From the NCBI GenBank assembly GCA_963828735.1, contig CAWHFW010000005.1, positions 2,144,001 to 2,208,000 on the forward strand: a DNA stretch of 64,000 bases. The letters run 5' to 3'. Shown here piece after piece: positions 10,739 to 22,010 of the stretch (position 1 is the stretch's first letter; every line of letters starts with the position of its first letter). Made by a program: the position numbers and the translations under genes. Below the pieces are notes generated by a model that was given only the letters and a program-made list of their open reading frames with translations, ran no database searches and was not told the origin of the DNA. The stretch comes from an uncultured Gemmatimonadales bacterium (lineage in GTDB: Bacteria; Gemmatimonadota; Gemmatimonadetes; Gemmatimonadales; GWC2-71-9).

Positions 10739-10769
10739 GCGATGGCTCCGCCCTGACTGGGAGGAGAAG

Positions 10770-11230
10770 CGCCACCACCATCGCGGCCCACAGCGGAGCT
10801 GCTGGCAGACCGTGGTCGTGATCGGCGGCAGCGCGGGCATCGGGCTCGAGACGGCCGGCGCGCGCGCGAGAGGGAGCCGAGGTGATCCTCACCGCGCGCG
10901 ACCCGGACCGCCTGCAGCGAGTCGGTCTCGAGCTCGGGCCGCAGCACGCGGCCTTCGACGCCACCGACTTCGAGCGGCTCGGGAGGTTCTTCGACGAGCT
11001 GCCCACGCCGATCGACCATGTGCTGGTGACGGGGCCCGGACCCTACTACGCGTCGCTGGCGGAGTTCGACTTCGACAAGGCACGCCGCGACGTCGAATCT
11101 CATCTCTGTTGCCGCTCGCAGGTCGCCGGAACGCCGTGCACAAGGTTCGTCCGGGAGGGACCCTGCTCTTCATGGGCGGCACCGGTGGCGCCGCACAGCC
11201 CGGTCGCTCTCATCTCGGCGTTCACGCGCG
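10770..11230 (+). pseudogene. Short-chain dehydrogenase (SDR), frameshifted and 3'-truncated
   Basis: TVVVIGGSAGIGLETA, ILTARD, IDHVLVTG and GGTLLFMGGT lie in different frames. Confidence 0.7.
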
Positions 11231-11239
11231 CAGTCCGAG

Positions 11240-11870
11240 CGCCGCGATTCGCTTGATGTCGCCCAGGGCGATGGGCGAGTTCCTCGTTCGAATCGCGACG
11301 CGTTCGGCCTGGAGCAGCCGCACGTCGTGGGGCCCGACGTCGGCACCGCAGCATCGCTCTTCGCCGCGGCGCTCCATCCGGGCCGGTTCCGGAGCCTCGT
11401 CGTGGGCACCGGCGGCACGGCGGTTCCGCTCCAGCTCGGTGACCCGCTGAAGGAATGGGTCGAGGCCCCCTCGCTCGAGCCCTATCGCAAGATCGATGGA
11501 CGCCAGGTCGTCGCCGCCGCGATCGGAACCCTCGAGCGGTACCGCCTCACGGATGCCGCCCGCGAGGACTACCTCGCGTCCTTCGCGGGCGAGCGCTTCG
11601 CCGAGTCGATGCGCTACGTGCAGGCCTACCCGCAGGAGCTTCCGATCCTGCGCGACCTGCTGCCGACGATCGACACGCCGGTGCAGATCATCAGACGGCG
11701 CGCGAGACCCCGTGGTGCCGCCGGTCAACGCCGAGTTTCTCCACGAGCGGCTGCCCAAGAGCAAGCTCGACCTCATCGACGCCGGCCACTTCATCTGGGA
11801 GGATGCCGCCGACCAGTACGCGGCGCTGGTCACGAGCTGGTGGGCCGGAGGCTACGCCACCGCCGGATAG
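11240..11870 (+). pseudogene. Alpha/beta hydrolase C-terminal portion, frameshifted, N-terminus missing
   Basis: HVVGPDVG nucleophile-like motif, DPVVPPVNAEFL and DAGHFIWE in different frames. Confidence 0.7.
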
Positions 11871-11963
11871 TCTCGTCGGTAGGCTCGACGGCAAGGTCGC
11901 TGGAGCGGAGTCGCACCGAAGCGACTGCCAGGCTGCATCAACTCCGAGCGAGAGGATGTTCTC

Positions 11964-12682
11964 ATGAGCGCATCCACCACCGCCATGCCCTCATCCACCA
12001 GCGTCTACACCACCCCCGTCTTCTGGGAACGCCTGTGGCGCACGAGCGGCATTCAGTTCGTCGTCCTGTTCGTCATCGCGTCCGTCATCTACGGGACTCA
12101 GCCGCAGGTCGGCGCGTCGGCCGACGCACTCGCCGCGTTCTACCATGGCGAGCGCACGCGGATCCTGATCGCCGTGTTCTGCTTCGGCCTCAACCTCCTC
12201 AACCTCCTGTGGTTCACGACGGCGGCCAGGACTGCCCTGGCGGATGCGGGGCAGGACGGGTGGGGCGCGGCGGCAACCGCCGCGAGCGCGGCGTTCGGAG
12301 CGCTGTTCCTCCTGCTCCTCGCGGTGGACGCCGCCCTCGCATACTCGATCGCCGGCTCCGGCAATCAGCCGCGCTCACGTCCGGGCTGAACGACCTCGCG
12401 TGGGCGCTGGTCGTGTTGACGTCGTTCCCGCGCGCGATGCTGATCATGGCCTGGACGTTCGGGCTCTGGCGTGCCAGGCAGATCTCGAACGCACTCTTCG
12501 CGGCGGGAGTCTCAGCCCTCGTGCTCGTCCTGTTGGGCGGTTCCACCTGGATGAGCGGTGGCGTCTGGGCACCGGACGGCGCCTATTCGCGGCTGGTCTC
12601 GCCCCTCATCGGCCTCGCCTGGGTCCTGGTCGTGAGCAGGGTCCTTCTGACTCGGAGTCCGGCGACGCGTGCGGCGTGGTGA
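11964..12682 (+). CDS. Integral membrane protein, frameshift near 12365
   Basis: Hydrophobic helices in ORF 11964-12389 continue in the frame ending at 12682 (LTSGLNDLAWALVVL...). Confidence 0.7.
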
Positions 12683-12799
12683 TGCGGAGGCTGCCTCGCA
12701 ATCTCGAGGGATGAGGAACCCGTGACGGCTGGCCTGTGAGCGCGGAAGGGGACCAATCATGGCGAGCTTCAGCATTCGAATCCGACTCCCCGCCCCCGC

Positions 12800-14171
12800 A
12801 TGAGGCCGATCTGGCTGGCCTGCATGCTGCCAGCGGGGATGGCGTCCCTGGTGAGCGCCCAGACGCCGCTCAGCTTCCGCGACGCGCTGACCATCGCCCA
12901 CCAGCACAATCAGCAGCTCCGCGCGGCGGACGCGCAGGTCGAGCGCTCCCGCTCGGACCGGGCCGCCGAGCGCGGGCTCTATTTCCCGACGATCAGTGCG
13001 ATCGGGGGCTATGCGCACATGAACGATCGGCTGTTCGTGGATCTCAACGACCTCCGGCCGCTGCTCTCCGCGCTCAACCCTGCAGTGCCGATCCCTCCCC
13101 TCACCGCGACCGTGCTGGAGAACGATCCGTATCGCGCCAGCATTGACCGCGCGGTGGACCGTGTTCGCGGGCGGCAGGATCCTCGCGGCCAACCGCGCCG
13201 CCCAGGCGGCCGTGACCGCGGCCGAGCAGGAGCGACGAGGCGCCGGCAATGGCATCACCACGGAGCTGGTGGACCGCTACTTCAAGCGGCGGCTGGCCGC
13301 CGAGGTGCTGGAGGTCCGACGACAGGCTTTCGAGACCTTCAGCAAACATCTGGACGATGCGCGCCGGTTGAAGGCCGCGGGCCAGATCGCGCGTACCGAT
13401 GAGCTGCGGGCTGAGGTCGCTCGGGCGGAGGCCGACCGCGAGCTCAAGAAGGCGGCTCGCGACGTGAACCTGGCCTCGATCGCCCTCAAGTCCACCCTGG
13501 GGGGCGAGGTGGACGCCATCCCGACCACACCCCTCGTTCTGATTACCGGACTCGAGCCCCGAGCGACCTTCTCCGCAGCTGCGGATTCGGGCAATCCCAC
13601 GATCGGCAAGTTGGCGGCGCTTCGGGAGCAGGCGCATCAGGGCGTCAGTGCCGCGCGGGGTGAGCTGTTCCCATCGGTGAGTGTGTTCGGCACCGGCGAG
13701 CTGATCCAACAGGGGCTCAACAGCACGGCCGATCCCAAGTGGGCGGTCGGCGTCGGCGCGCGATGGGAGCTGTTCGACGGCCTGGGCCGGCTCAACCGTC
13801 TCCATGCCGCCCGTCATCAGGAGGAGGCGGTCGGTTTCGAGACCGACCATGCGAGGGACGAGGTGGCCACGCTGGTCCAGCAGCGCTACGACGAATACGA
13901 GTCGGCGCTGGAGCAATACCAATCGCTCGAAACCACCGTGGCCCTGGCGGAGGAGAGTCTGCGCGCGGAGCGGAAGGCCTATGAGGCGGCGGTCGGGACC
14001 TCGCTGGACGTGGTCGATGCGCAGCTCTCGCTCTCCAACGCGCAGGTCGATCGCTTGCACGCGTTGTACGATCTGGATCTGGCGCTCGCTCGGTTGCTTG
14101 AGGCCAGCGGTCAAAGCGATCGCTTCCTCGCGTATCTCGATCGGGCGACGCCCACGGAGGAACCACGATGA
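12800..14171 (+). CDS. TolC family outer-membrane efflux protein, frameshift near 13143
   Basis: Signal peptide, helical OEP repeats, YEAAVGTSLDVVDAQ. Confidence 0.85.
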
Positions 14172-15131
14172 CTCGTTTCGCTGGCCTCCTGCTCGGAATC
14201 CTGCTGCTCGCGGCCTGCCGGCGCGATGCGGTGACGCTGCAAGGCGAGACCGACGCGAAGCAGGTCACCGTGGCCGCGAAGGTGTCGGGCCGGGTCGACT
14301 CGCTCTTCGTAAGGGAGGGGGACAGCGTCCGGCGCGGCGACATCGTCGCGACCCTGGACGGCCCCGAGATCCGCGCCAAGGCGGCGCAGGCGATGGCGGC
14401 GCGCGACGCGGCGCGCGCGGTCCGGGACAAGGCGCAGCACGGCTCGCGCGAGCAGGACATCCGCGCCGCGCGTGAGAACTGGCTCCGCGCCGTCGCCTCG
14501 GCCACGATCGCGGAGACCACCTATGCCCGGCTGGATCGGCTCGAACGCGAGGGGGTGATACCGACCCAGAAGCGCGACGAAGCCGAGGCCAACCTCCGCG
14601 CAAGCCGCGAGGGAGCCGAGGCAGCGAAGGCCCAGTACGACCTCGCGACGGCGGGAGCCCGGAGTGAGGACGTCGCCGCGGCCTTTGCCGATGTTCGCCG
14701 CGCCGAGGGGGCGGTCGCCGAGGCCGAGAGCTACGTCAGCGAGAACGTCCTGCGCTCGGCGGTGAACGGCCAGGTGCTGCTCAAGGTCGATGGAGCAGGG
14801 CGAGCTGGTGTCGCCGGGCCAGCCGGTGATCACGATCGTGGACCTCTCGGACCAGTGGATCACGCTCAACCTCCGCGAGGACCGACTCGCCGGACTTCGG
14901 ATCGGGGATACCCTGCTGGCCACGATTCCGGCCGTTGATTCCGCGGCGCGCCCGTTCGCGGTCTACTTCATCTCGCCGCTCGGCGCCTTCGCTACCTGGC
15001 GGGCGACGCGCGAGGCGGGCGGGTTCGACGTGCGCACGTTCGAGGTACGCGCCCGACCCGTCCAGCCTCTCCCGGCGCTCCGGCCGGGGATGAGCGCGCT
15101 GGTGGACTGGCCGCAAAAGGCCCGCCGGTGA
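14168..15131 (+). CDS. HlyD family periplasmic adaptor (lipoprotein), frameshift near 14790
   Basis: LLLAAC lipobox, lipoyl-like VSGRVDSLFVREGDSV, FATWRATRE...FDVRTFEV. Confidence 0.88.
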
Positions 15132-16262
15132 GCGGCGTGGCCCAGGTCGCGCGCCGGGAGCTCCGGCGACTCCCCCGCCTCCCGGTTCTGTGGGCGCTGC
15201 TCGGCCCCATACCGGTGGCGATGACGCTGTTGCTCATGGGGGTGTTCGCCTCGGAGGTAGTTCGCGACCTGCCTGTGGCCGTGCTCGATCTCGACCGGAG
15301 CGCCAGCTCGCGCATCGCCACGCGCTGGCTCGAAGCGACCCGCAGCAGCCGGCTGGCGGGCCACGTGGAGGATCTGGGAGCCGCGCGGTCGGCCGTGCTC
15401 GAGCGGCAGGTGTACGGTGTGCTGGTGGTCCCGCGTCACTTCGAGCGCGATCTCCTCCGGGGCCGCTCGCCGCACCTCAGCTTCCTCTTCAACGAGGAGT
15501 ACCTCACGGCCGGTGGCAACGTGTCGGCCGACGTTTCCCGCGGAACATCGACGGCGGCCGCGCTCCTCACGGCGCTGAGCGGCCGGGAGCCGGCGCCGAT
15601 CCGGGTGGACCTGCGGTCGCTGTTCAACCCCGCGGCGAGCTACGCGCAGGCGCTGGGCATCCTGCTGATCGGCGGGCTGCTCCAGGTGGTGATCGGCATC
15701 GCGACGATCTACGCCGTGGGGCGCGAGCTCGCCGACCGGACCGCTCCTGAATGGCTGGAGGCGGCGCGAGGCTCGTCTGCCGCGGCGTGGCTCGGCAAGC
15801 TCGCGCCGTACACCGCGTTTCATTGCCTGGAGGTGGTGGCGCTGGTTGGCCTCTTCGCCGCCTGGTACGGCATCCCGGTGCGCGGACCGGCGTGGCTGCT
15901 GGTTGTCGCGACGGCCGCGTTCGTGCTCGCCAGCCAGGCGCTCGGCGCTCCTGATCATCGCGTGGACGGCGAACCTGAGGATGAGTCTTGGGATGGGCTC
16001 GGTGATCCTCGGCCCCGCGGCGGCTTTCAGCGGGGTCACGTTTCCGCTCGCAGCCATGCCGGCGGCGGCCCGCATCTGGGCCCAGACGCTCCCGCTGATG
16101 CACGCCCTGGCGCTCACCCGCGCCGGGATCAGCGTCGGCGCGCCGGAGACCGCGGGCGGGCCGCTCCTGGCGCTGGCCCTCACGACGGCCATCGCCTTCG
16201 GGCTCGCGCTGCCCCGCCTGCCGGCGCTCCTGCGCGACCCGGTCTACTGGGGCCGACCGTGA
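15128..16262 (+). CDS. ABC-2 type permease (YbhR/S-like), frameshift near 15950
   Basis: VRDLPVAVLDLDRS, FNPAASY, FSGVTFP motifs; overlapping GTGA start. Confidence 0.85.
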
Positions 16263-16982
16263 GGGCGCTGGGCCGCGCGGCATGGCGCACGCTCCACACC
16301 ATCGCACACGAGCAGGAGGTGCTCAGCCTGCTCGTGGTCGCCTCGGTCTTCTACAGCTTGTTCTACCCCACGCCGTATCTCCATCAGGTGCTGCGCGACG
16401 AGCCGGTGCTGGTGGTGGATCGCGACCACACACCGATGAGCCGGAGGTTCGCGCGCTGGCTCGACGCGACAGAAGGCGTGGCCGTCACGCGGGCGGACCG
16501 AGGATCTCGAGGCGGCGCAGGCGGCCATCCGCGCGGGCACGGTGGGCGGCGTCGTGCTGATTCCCGAGGACTTCGAGCGGCACCTGCGCCGGCGTGAGCC
16601 CGCCATCCTCACCAGCTACGCCGACGGGAGCTACCTGCTGGTGCGCAACACGGTGGCGGGAAGCGTGAGCGCGGTGGCCGCCGCCCTCGGGGCGGGGATT
16701 TCGAAGCGGCCCGCACCAGTGGGCCTGGCGAGCTGGCCCCTGTTCAATCCGCTGGGAGGGTACGCCACCTTTGTGGTGCCCGCCGTCTTCATCCTGGTGC
16801 TGCAGCAGACCCTGCTCATCGGGATGGGCACGCTGCGCGTGGTCGAGCGGCACCGGGCCGCGAGCGACCCGGGCCGGTGTGGGCCGCCCTCGCAGGAACC
16901 GTGGCGGTCCTCGTCGTGCTGTATCTCCTCCAGGCCGCGTTCATGTTCCTGGTCGCATTCCGGCTGTATGGCCTGCCGCCGG
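16259..16982 (+). pseudogene. Second ABC-2 permease, frameshifted and 3'-truncated
   Basis: FYPTPY, VVDRDHT, FNPLGGYATFVVPAVFILVLQQTLL; sequence switches to an unrelated domain near 16983. Confidence 0.7.
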
Positions 16983-17169
16983 GGTCCGTCTCGATGGAGA
17001 ATCCCCTGGTGCCGCCCATGGTCTCGACCTCAGCGCCGAAGGAACCGGGCAGGTCACTGAACCGCGGCTGTATCAGCTGATTCGGCAGCGTCAGCCGATC
17101 GTGGACCGGCAGTTCGAGATCGAGTTTCTCGATCCGGGCGTCGAGGCCTTCGTGTTCACCTTTGGGTGA
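16983..17169 (+). pseudogene. C-terminal remnant of a DipZ-like redoxin protein
   Basis: VRLDGESPGAAHGLD...EPRLYQLIRQ...FEIEFLDPGVEAFVFTFG*, the characteristic DipZ-type C-terminus. Confidence 0.75.
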
Positions 17170-17199
17170 AGGGTACGGAGAGGACAGAGAGGGCGCGAA

Positions 17200-17685
17200 A
17201 TGGATACCACGACGAAACAGGGAAAGAGTGCCGAGCAGCGGTTGAAAGAGCTCGGCATCGAGCTGCCGGAGCCGCCTGAGCCGTTTGGCAGCTACGTCGA
17301 AGCGGTGCAGACCGGCAACCTCCTCTTTCTGAGCGGCATGCTTCCCACCGAAGGTCGCGAGGCGAAAGTCATTGGGCGCGTCGGCGCGGAGCTCGATGTC
17401 GAAGGCGCGCGCACAGCGGCGCGGCTCGCGGCACACAACGTCCTCGCGGTGGCCAGGCAACACCTGGGGTCGCTCGACCGAATTACCCGAGTCGTCCGGC
17501 TGGGTGTCTCGGTGGTCACCTCGGGCGATGTCCGCGACCATCCGAAGGTCGCCGACGCTGCGTCGGAGGTGTTGCAGAACGTGTTCGGACACGAGAAGCG
17601 CCCGTGCCGACTGGTGTACGGCGTCGCCAGCCTTCCGCTCGGCGTCCCGGTCGAACTGGAAGTCATTTTCGAGGTTGCGCCCTAG
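17200..17685 (+). CDS. RidA/YjgF family protein
   Basis: AEQRLKELGIELP, YVEAVQTGNLLFLSG, GVASLPLGVPVELE. Confidence 0.92.
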   Translation: MDTTTKQGKSAEQRLKELGIELPEPPEPFGSYVEAVQTGNLLFLSGMLPTEGREAKVIGRVGAELDVEGARTAARLAAHNVLAVARQHLGSLDRITRVVRLGVSVVTSGDVRDHPKVADAASEVLQNVFGHEKRPCRLVYGVASLPLGVPVELEVIFEVAP

Positions 17686-17687
17686 GG

Positions 17688-17712
17688 CGCCGCCGAGAGC
17701 CACCTCGGCCGC
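17688..17712. repeat. Degenerate copy of the CGCCGCCGAGAG palindrome
   Basis: CGCCGCCGAGAG-ccac-CTCGGC directly after the RidA stop codon. Confidence 0.5.
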
Positions 17713-17834
17713 ATCGCCAGCGGCAACCACTGCTCATGAGGCATACTCGAACAGATCGTGGTTGAATCGCTGGTCCGGGATTTCAGGAAACCGTCACGTG
17801 AAGACATTACCCACAATTCGAAGGAGATAAGGCC

Positions 17835-18680
17835 ATGCCGAGGATCCAGACCACCGATGGCACCGAGATCTACTACAAGGAGTGGGGCAAAGGACAGCCG
17901 GTCGTGCTCAGCCACGGCTGGCCGCTCAGCGCCGACGCGTGGGATGACCAGATGCTGTTCCTCGCCGAGCGGGGGTACCGCTGTATCGCGCACGACCGGC
18001 GGGGTCACGGCCGCTCGGATCAGCCGTCGGACGGCAACGACCTGGACACCTACGCCGACGATCTCGCGGCATTGGTGAACACCCTGAATCTCAAGGACGC
18101 GATCCACGTCGGCCACTCGACCGGCGGAGGCGAGGTCGCACGTTACATCGGGCGACACGGCACCAAGCGGGTGGCCAAGGTGGTGTTGATCAGTGCGATT
18201 ACGCCGCTCATGCTCAAGACTCCGGGCAATCCCGGCGGCACCCCCATCGAGGCGTTCGATCATCTCCGCGCCGCCACGCTCATGGACCGATCGCAGTTCG
18301 TCAAGGACCTGAGCGCGACGTTCTACGGCGCGAATCGGGAGGGGGCCAAGGTCTCCCAAGGCCTGCGCGACCAGTTCTGGCTCCAGGGGATGCTCTGCGG
18401 CTTCGTCGGATTCTACGAGTGCATCAAGGCGTTCTCCGAGACCGATCTCACCGCAGATCTCGAGAAGATCGACGTTCCCACGCTCTTCATCCACGGCGAC
18501 GACGATCAGATCGTCCCCTTCGCCGACGCGGCGCCGCTCGCGGCCAAGATCGTGAAGAACGCGACACTCAAGGTGTACCCCGGCGCGCCGCACGGCCTGC
18601 CGTCCACGCTCAAGGACCAGGTCAATGCCGATCTCCTGGCTTTCTTCAAGGAGCCAGCGCGAGAGCCGGTGACGGCGTGA
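17835..18680 (+). CDS. Non-heme chloroperoxidase / arylesterase (alpha/beta hydrolase)
   Basis: [43 protein letters not shown]. Confidence 0.93.
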   Translation: MPRIQTTDGTEIYYKEWGKGQPVVLSHGWPLSADAWDDQMLFLAERGYRCIAHDRRGHGRSDQPSDGNDLDTYADDLAALVNTLNLKDAIHVGHSTGGGEVARYIGRHGTKRVAKVVLISAITPLMLKTPGNPGGTPIEAFDHLRAATLMDRSQFVKDLSATFYGANREGAKVSQGLRDQFWLQGMLCGFVGFYECIKAFSETDLTADLEKIDVPTLFIHGDDDQIVPFADAAPLAAKIVKNATLKVYPGAPHGLPSTLKDQVNADLLAFFKEPAREPVTA

Positions 18681-18734
18681 CCGGTGCGAGGTCGGAGATG
18701 ATCGCTCAAGACCAACTGAGGAAAGGCAGATACC

Positions 18735-19220
18735 ATGGTCCGGCTTAGCTCCGGCTCGCTGGCCGCCCTCGTCGCCGCCTCGCTCTGGCGCCCGCTGGCT
18801 CCGGCCGCCGTGGCCCAGGCCTCGGCCGACTCTGCGAGGCTGCAGTGGATCGTACCCCCCTTGCTTCCACCCGGTGCGCTCCTCGCCGTCGTCAGCGGCG
18901 ATCCCACCGCGCCCGGCCAGTCCACCATCGAGGTGAGCATGCCGGACGGATACCGGCTCCCGCCGCACTCCCATCCCAGCTTTGAGCACGTCGAGGTCAA
19001 GGAGGGTACGCTCCTGGCCGGAATGGGAGATCACCTGGATCCCAAGAAGACCCGGCCCCTGGCCACGGGCGATTCAGCCACCGCGCCGGCGGGGATGCAC
19101 CACTTCTCGATCGCCAAGGGCCACACCGTGTTGTTGGTGACCTTCACGGGCCCGTACACGATCACCTACCTGCGCGCCGAGGACGCTCCGCACCCACGAG
19201 TCTTCCCCAACGGCTACTGA
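18735..19220 (+). CDS. Secreted cupin-domain protein
   Basis: Signal peptide; PPHSHP..EHV...G and PAGMHH cupin motifs. Confidence 0.85.
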   Translation: MVRLSSGSLAALVAASLWRPLAPAAVAQASADSARLQWIVPPLLPPGALLAVVSGDPTAPGQSTIEVSMPDGYRLPPHSHPSFEHVEVKEGTLLAGMGDHLDPKKTRPLATGDSATAPAGMHHFSIAKGHTVLLVTFTGPYTITYLRAEDAPHPRVFPNGY

Positions 19221-19233
19221 GGCCGAATACAGC

Positions 19234-20892
19234 ATGCACGGCGTAGAGCTCGTCGTCATCCTCCTCGCGGTCTCGGCGGCGCTCCGCCTCGTGGCGCGGC
19301 GCCTCCACGTGCCGCATCCGGTGCTCCTGGTCCTCGCCGGCCTTGCGTTGGTGTTCGTGCCTGGGCTCCCGCAGGTGGAGTTCGAGCCCGACGCTCTGTT
19401 CCTTGTCTTCGTCCCGCCGCTCCTCTACTGGGCGGCGCTCACCAGCTCGGTCCGCGATTTCCGCGCGCAGCTCTGGCCCATCGTCCGCTATGGGACGCTG
19501 GTCGTGCTGCTCACGATGGCGGCCGTCGCCGTGGTGGCGCACGCGCTCACTCCCGAATTCACCTGGGCTGCGGCGTTCACGCTGGGCGCCATCGTGTCGC
19601 CGCCCGATCCGGTGGCGGCGATCGCGGTCCTCAGGACCATCGGCGCGGACCGGCGCCTCACCACCATCCTCGAGGGCGAGGGCCTGGTCAACGATGCCAC
19701 CGCGCTGGTGGCCTACCGGGTGGCCATTGGCGCCGCCGTCACCGGCGCCTTCTCCCTTGGACACACGACCGTCCGATTCCTCCTGGCCGGCATGGGAGGC
19801 GTTGCGGTCGGCCTCGGAGTCGGCTGGCTCCTCGGCCAGGTCCGCCGCCGGGTGCGCGGCTCTCCCATCGTGGAGAACACCATCTCCCTCCTCACACCCT
19901 TCTTCGCCTACCTGCCCGCCGAGTGGCTCGGGCTGTCCGGCGTGCTGAGCGTGGTGGCGGTCGGGCTCTATTTCAGTCGGCTGGGGCCGCGTATCGTTCC
20001 GGCCGCGACCAGGGTGCAGGCGGAGTCCATGTGGGTGATGGTGCAGTTCATCCTGGAGAGCCTGGTCTTCATCCTGATCGGGCTGGAGCTGCCCTCCGTC
20101 CTGCGGACGCTCCGGCACTACCCGCTGGGCACGCTCCTGCTCTATGGCGCGCTGATCACGGCGACCGTGATCGGCGTGCGAATCGTCTACACCGCTTTTG
20201 CCGCGTCGCTGATCCGGTGGTCTCGCCGGGGCACGCGAGACGCGGGGACGCCCAGCTGGCGTCAGGCCGCGTTCCTCGGCTGGGCCGGGATGCGCGGCGG
20301 TGACTCCCTGGTCATCGCCCTGGCGGTGCCGGTGATGACGGCTGCCGGTGATCCGTTTCCGGCGCGGGGGCTCATCATCTTCCTCACCTTCGTGGTGATC
20401 CTGGCGACGCTGGTGCTGCAGGGTCCCACCCTGGCGCCGCTGATCCGCTGGTGGGGCCTGACCGAGGTCGAAAGCGGCACCGAGGAGGCCCATGCGCGAC
20501 GGGTGGTCGCGGAGGCCGGACTCCGACGGCTCGAGGAGGAAGCCACGCGCGGCGGGGTGGATCGCGCGACGGCGCGCTACCTGGAGGCTACGTATCGCCG
20601 CCGCGTCCAGCGCTGGGCGGCCCGCGACCGGGAGCGACACGGCCAGCACGACGAGGACCACGCCAGGCTCGCCGGCATCGACGGCGGTCGGGCCGAACAG
20701 CTGGCCACGGCGTATCGCACGCTTCGCGCGGCGATGATCGATAGCGAGCGCAATGCCTTGATCAGCCTTCGCGATCAGGGCGTGATCGGCGACGACGTCC
20801 TGCGGCGGGTGCAGCGGGATCTCGACCTGGAGACGATGCTGCTCGAGTCGGCGGAGGACGGCGCGCCGCAGTCGCCGTATGAGCTGGACTGA
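19234..20892 (+). CDS. Na+/H+ antiporter (CPA1, YjcE/NhaP-like)
   Basis: FVPPLLY, SPPDPVA, EGEGLVNDA, WAGMRG; helical C-terminal tail. Confidence 0.93.
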   Translation: MHGVELVVILLAVSAALRLVARRLHVPHPVLLVLAGLALVFVPGLPQVEFEPDALFLVFVPPLLYWAALTSSVRDFRAQLWPIVRYGTLVVLLTMAAVAVVAHALTPEFTWAAAFTLGAIVSPPDPVAAIAVLRTIGADRRLTTILEGEGLVNDATALVAYRVAIGAAVTGAFSLGHTTVRFLLAGMGGVAVGLGVGWLLGQVRRRVRGSPIVENTISLLTPFFAYLPAEWLGLSGVLSVVAVGLYFSRLGPRIVPAATRVQAESMWVMVQFILESLVFILIGLELPSVLRTLRHYPLGTLLLYGALITATVIGVRIVYTAFAASLIRWSRRGTRDAGTPSWRQAAFLGWAGMRGGDSLVIALAVPVMTAAGDPFPARGLIIFLTFVVILATLVLQGPTLAPLIRWWGLTEVESGTEEAHARRVVAEAGLRRLEEEATRGGVDRATARYLEATYRRRVQRWAARDRERHGQHDEDHARLAGIDGGRAEQLATAYRTLRAAMIDSERNALISLRDQGVIGDDVLRRVQRDLDLETMLLESAEDGAPQSPYELD

Positions 20893-21014
20893 CCGACGGG
20901 GTTACGTGACCTCGCCCATTACACTTGGATGACACACCCGGACGAGCGACACCAGAGCAGGATTGACGCTCGCGGAAGCGTCGCCTATGCTCGAATCCGG
21001 TACCGGAGGAGACC

Positions 21015-21887
21015 ATGACGGACACCACGACCACGCTCGAAAACGCGAGCGCCACCGCCGCCCCCACACAGTTCATCAAGACCAAGCTCGAGACCTACGC
21101 CTACCGCCGCTTCGGAAGCGGATCCGCCCCACCGCTCGTCTGTCTGCAGCACTTCACCGGCACCCTGGACAACTGGGATCCGGCCGTCACCGACCCGCTC
21201 GCTCGCGGCCGCGAGATCATCCTGTTCGAGAGCGCCGGCCTCGGGCGCTCGACCGGTGAGGTACCCACCACGATCGCCGGAATGACCGCGCACTTGCTCG
21301 CCTTTGCCGATGCGCTCGGCCTCGCCAACGTGGATGTGCTGGGCTTCTCCCTCGGCGGCATGGTGGCCCAGCAGGCGGCGCTCGAGCGGCCCTCGCTCAT
21401 CCGGAAGATGTTGCTCGTGGGCACCGCCCCCGAGGGCGGCGAGGACATCATGCACATCGAGAAGCCGGAGCTCAGGCGGATCCTCGAGGACCGCACCCTC
21501 GCCGGCTACCAGGTGCTGGTGAAGCTGTTCTTCACGCCGAGCGAGGCGAGTCAAACGGCGGGCCAGGCGTTTGCCACGCGGCTCGCGGCACGGACCGATG
21601 ATCGGGAACCCTCCTCGGGCCCGAAGGTCGCGCAGGCCCAGGTGGCTGCGTTTCGGGGCTGGGAGCGTGTCGATGGGGAGCGTTTCACGAAGCTCCGGCG
21701 GATCACCCTGCCGTGCCTCGTCGTGAACGGCGTGTTCGACAACATGATTCCGGTCAGAAACTCGTACTTCCTGGCCGAGCACCTGCCCGACGCGACGCTC
21801 CTGGTCTATCCGGACGCGGGGCACGGCTCGCTGTTTCAGTTCCACGACTCCTTCGTGCAGCAGACGACGCTGTTCTTGGACTCGTGA
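21015..21887 (+). CDS. Alpha/beta hydrolase
   Basis: QHFTGTLDNWDP, GFSLGG, YPDAGHG. Confidence 0.92.
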   Translation: MTDTTTTLENASATAAPTQFIKTKLETYAYRRFGSGSAPPLVCLQHFTGTLDNWDPAVTDPLARGREIILFESAGLGRSTGEVPTTIAGMTAHLLAFADALGLANVDVLGFSLGGMVAQQAALERPSLIRKMLLVGTAPEGGEDIMHIEKPELRRILEDRTLAGYQVLVKLFFTPSEASQTAGQAFATRLAARTDDREPSSGPKVAQAQVAAFRGWERVDGERFTKLRRITLPCLVVNGVFDNMIPVRNSYFLAEHLPDATLLVYPDAGHGSLFQFHDSFVQQTTLFLDS

Positions 21888-21932
21888 TCTCGCCGCGGAG
21901 ACGCGTACGGAGTCGACCGTCCGAACGCGAAA

Positions 21933-21965
21933 TCGCCGCCGAGAGTCGAGGGCTCTCGGCGGCGA
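21933..21965. repeat. Second full copy of the REP-like palindrome, between convergent genes
   Basis: TCGCCGCCGAGAG-tcgaggg-CTCTCGGCGGCGA. Confidence 0.85.
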
Positions 21966-22010
21966 CTCGCGTGTGCCTGCAGTGCGCCCCGGGGCTGTCA
22001 GACCCTACCG

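Noticed and set aside
11327..12682. 451-aa hydrolase-membrane fusion ORF
   Set aside because: Artefact of frameshifts joining pieces of two separate genes through an Arg-rich nonsense stretch.
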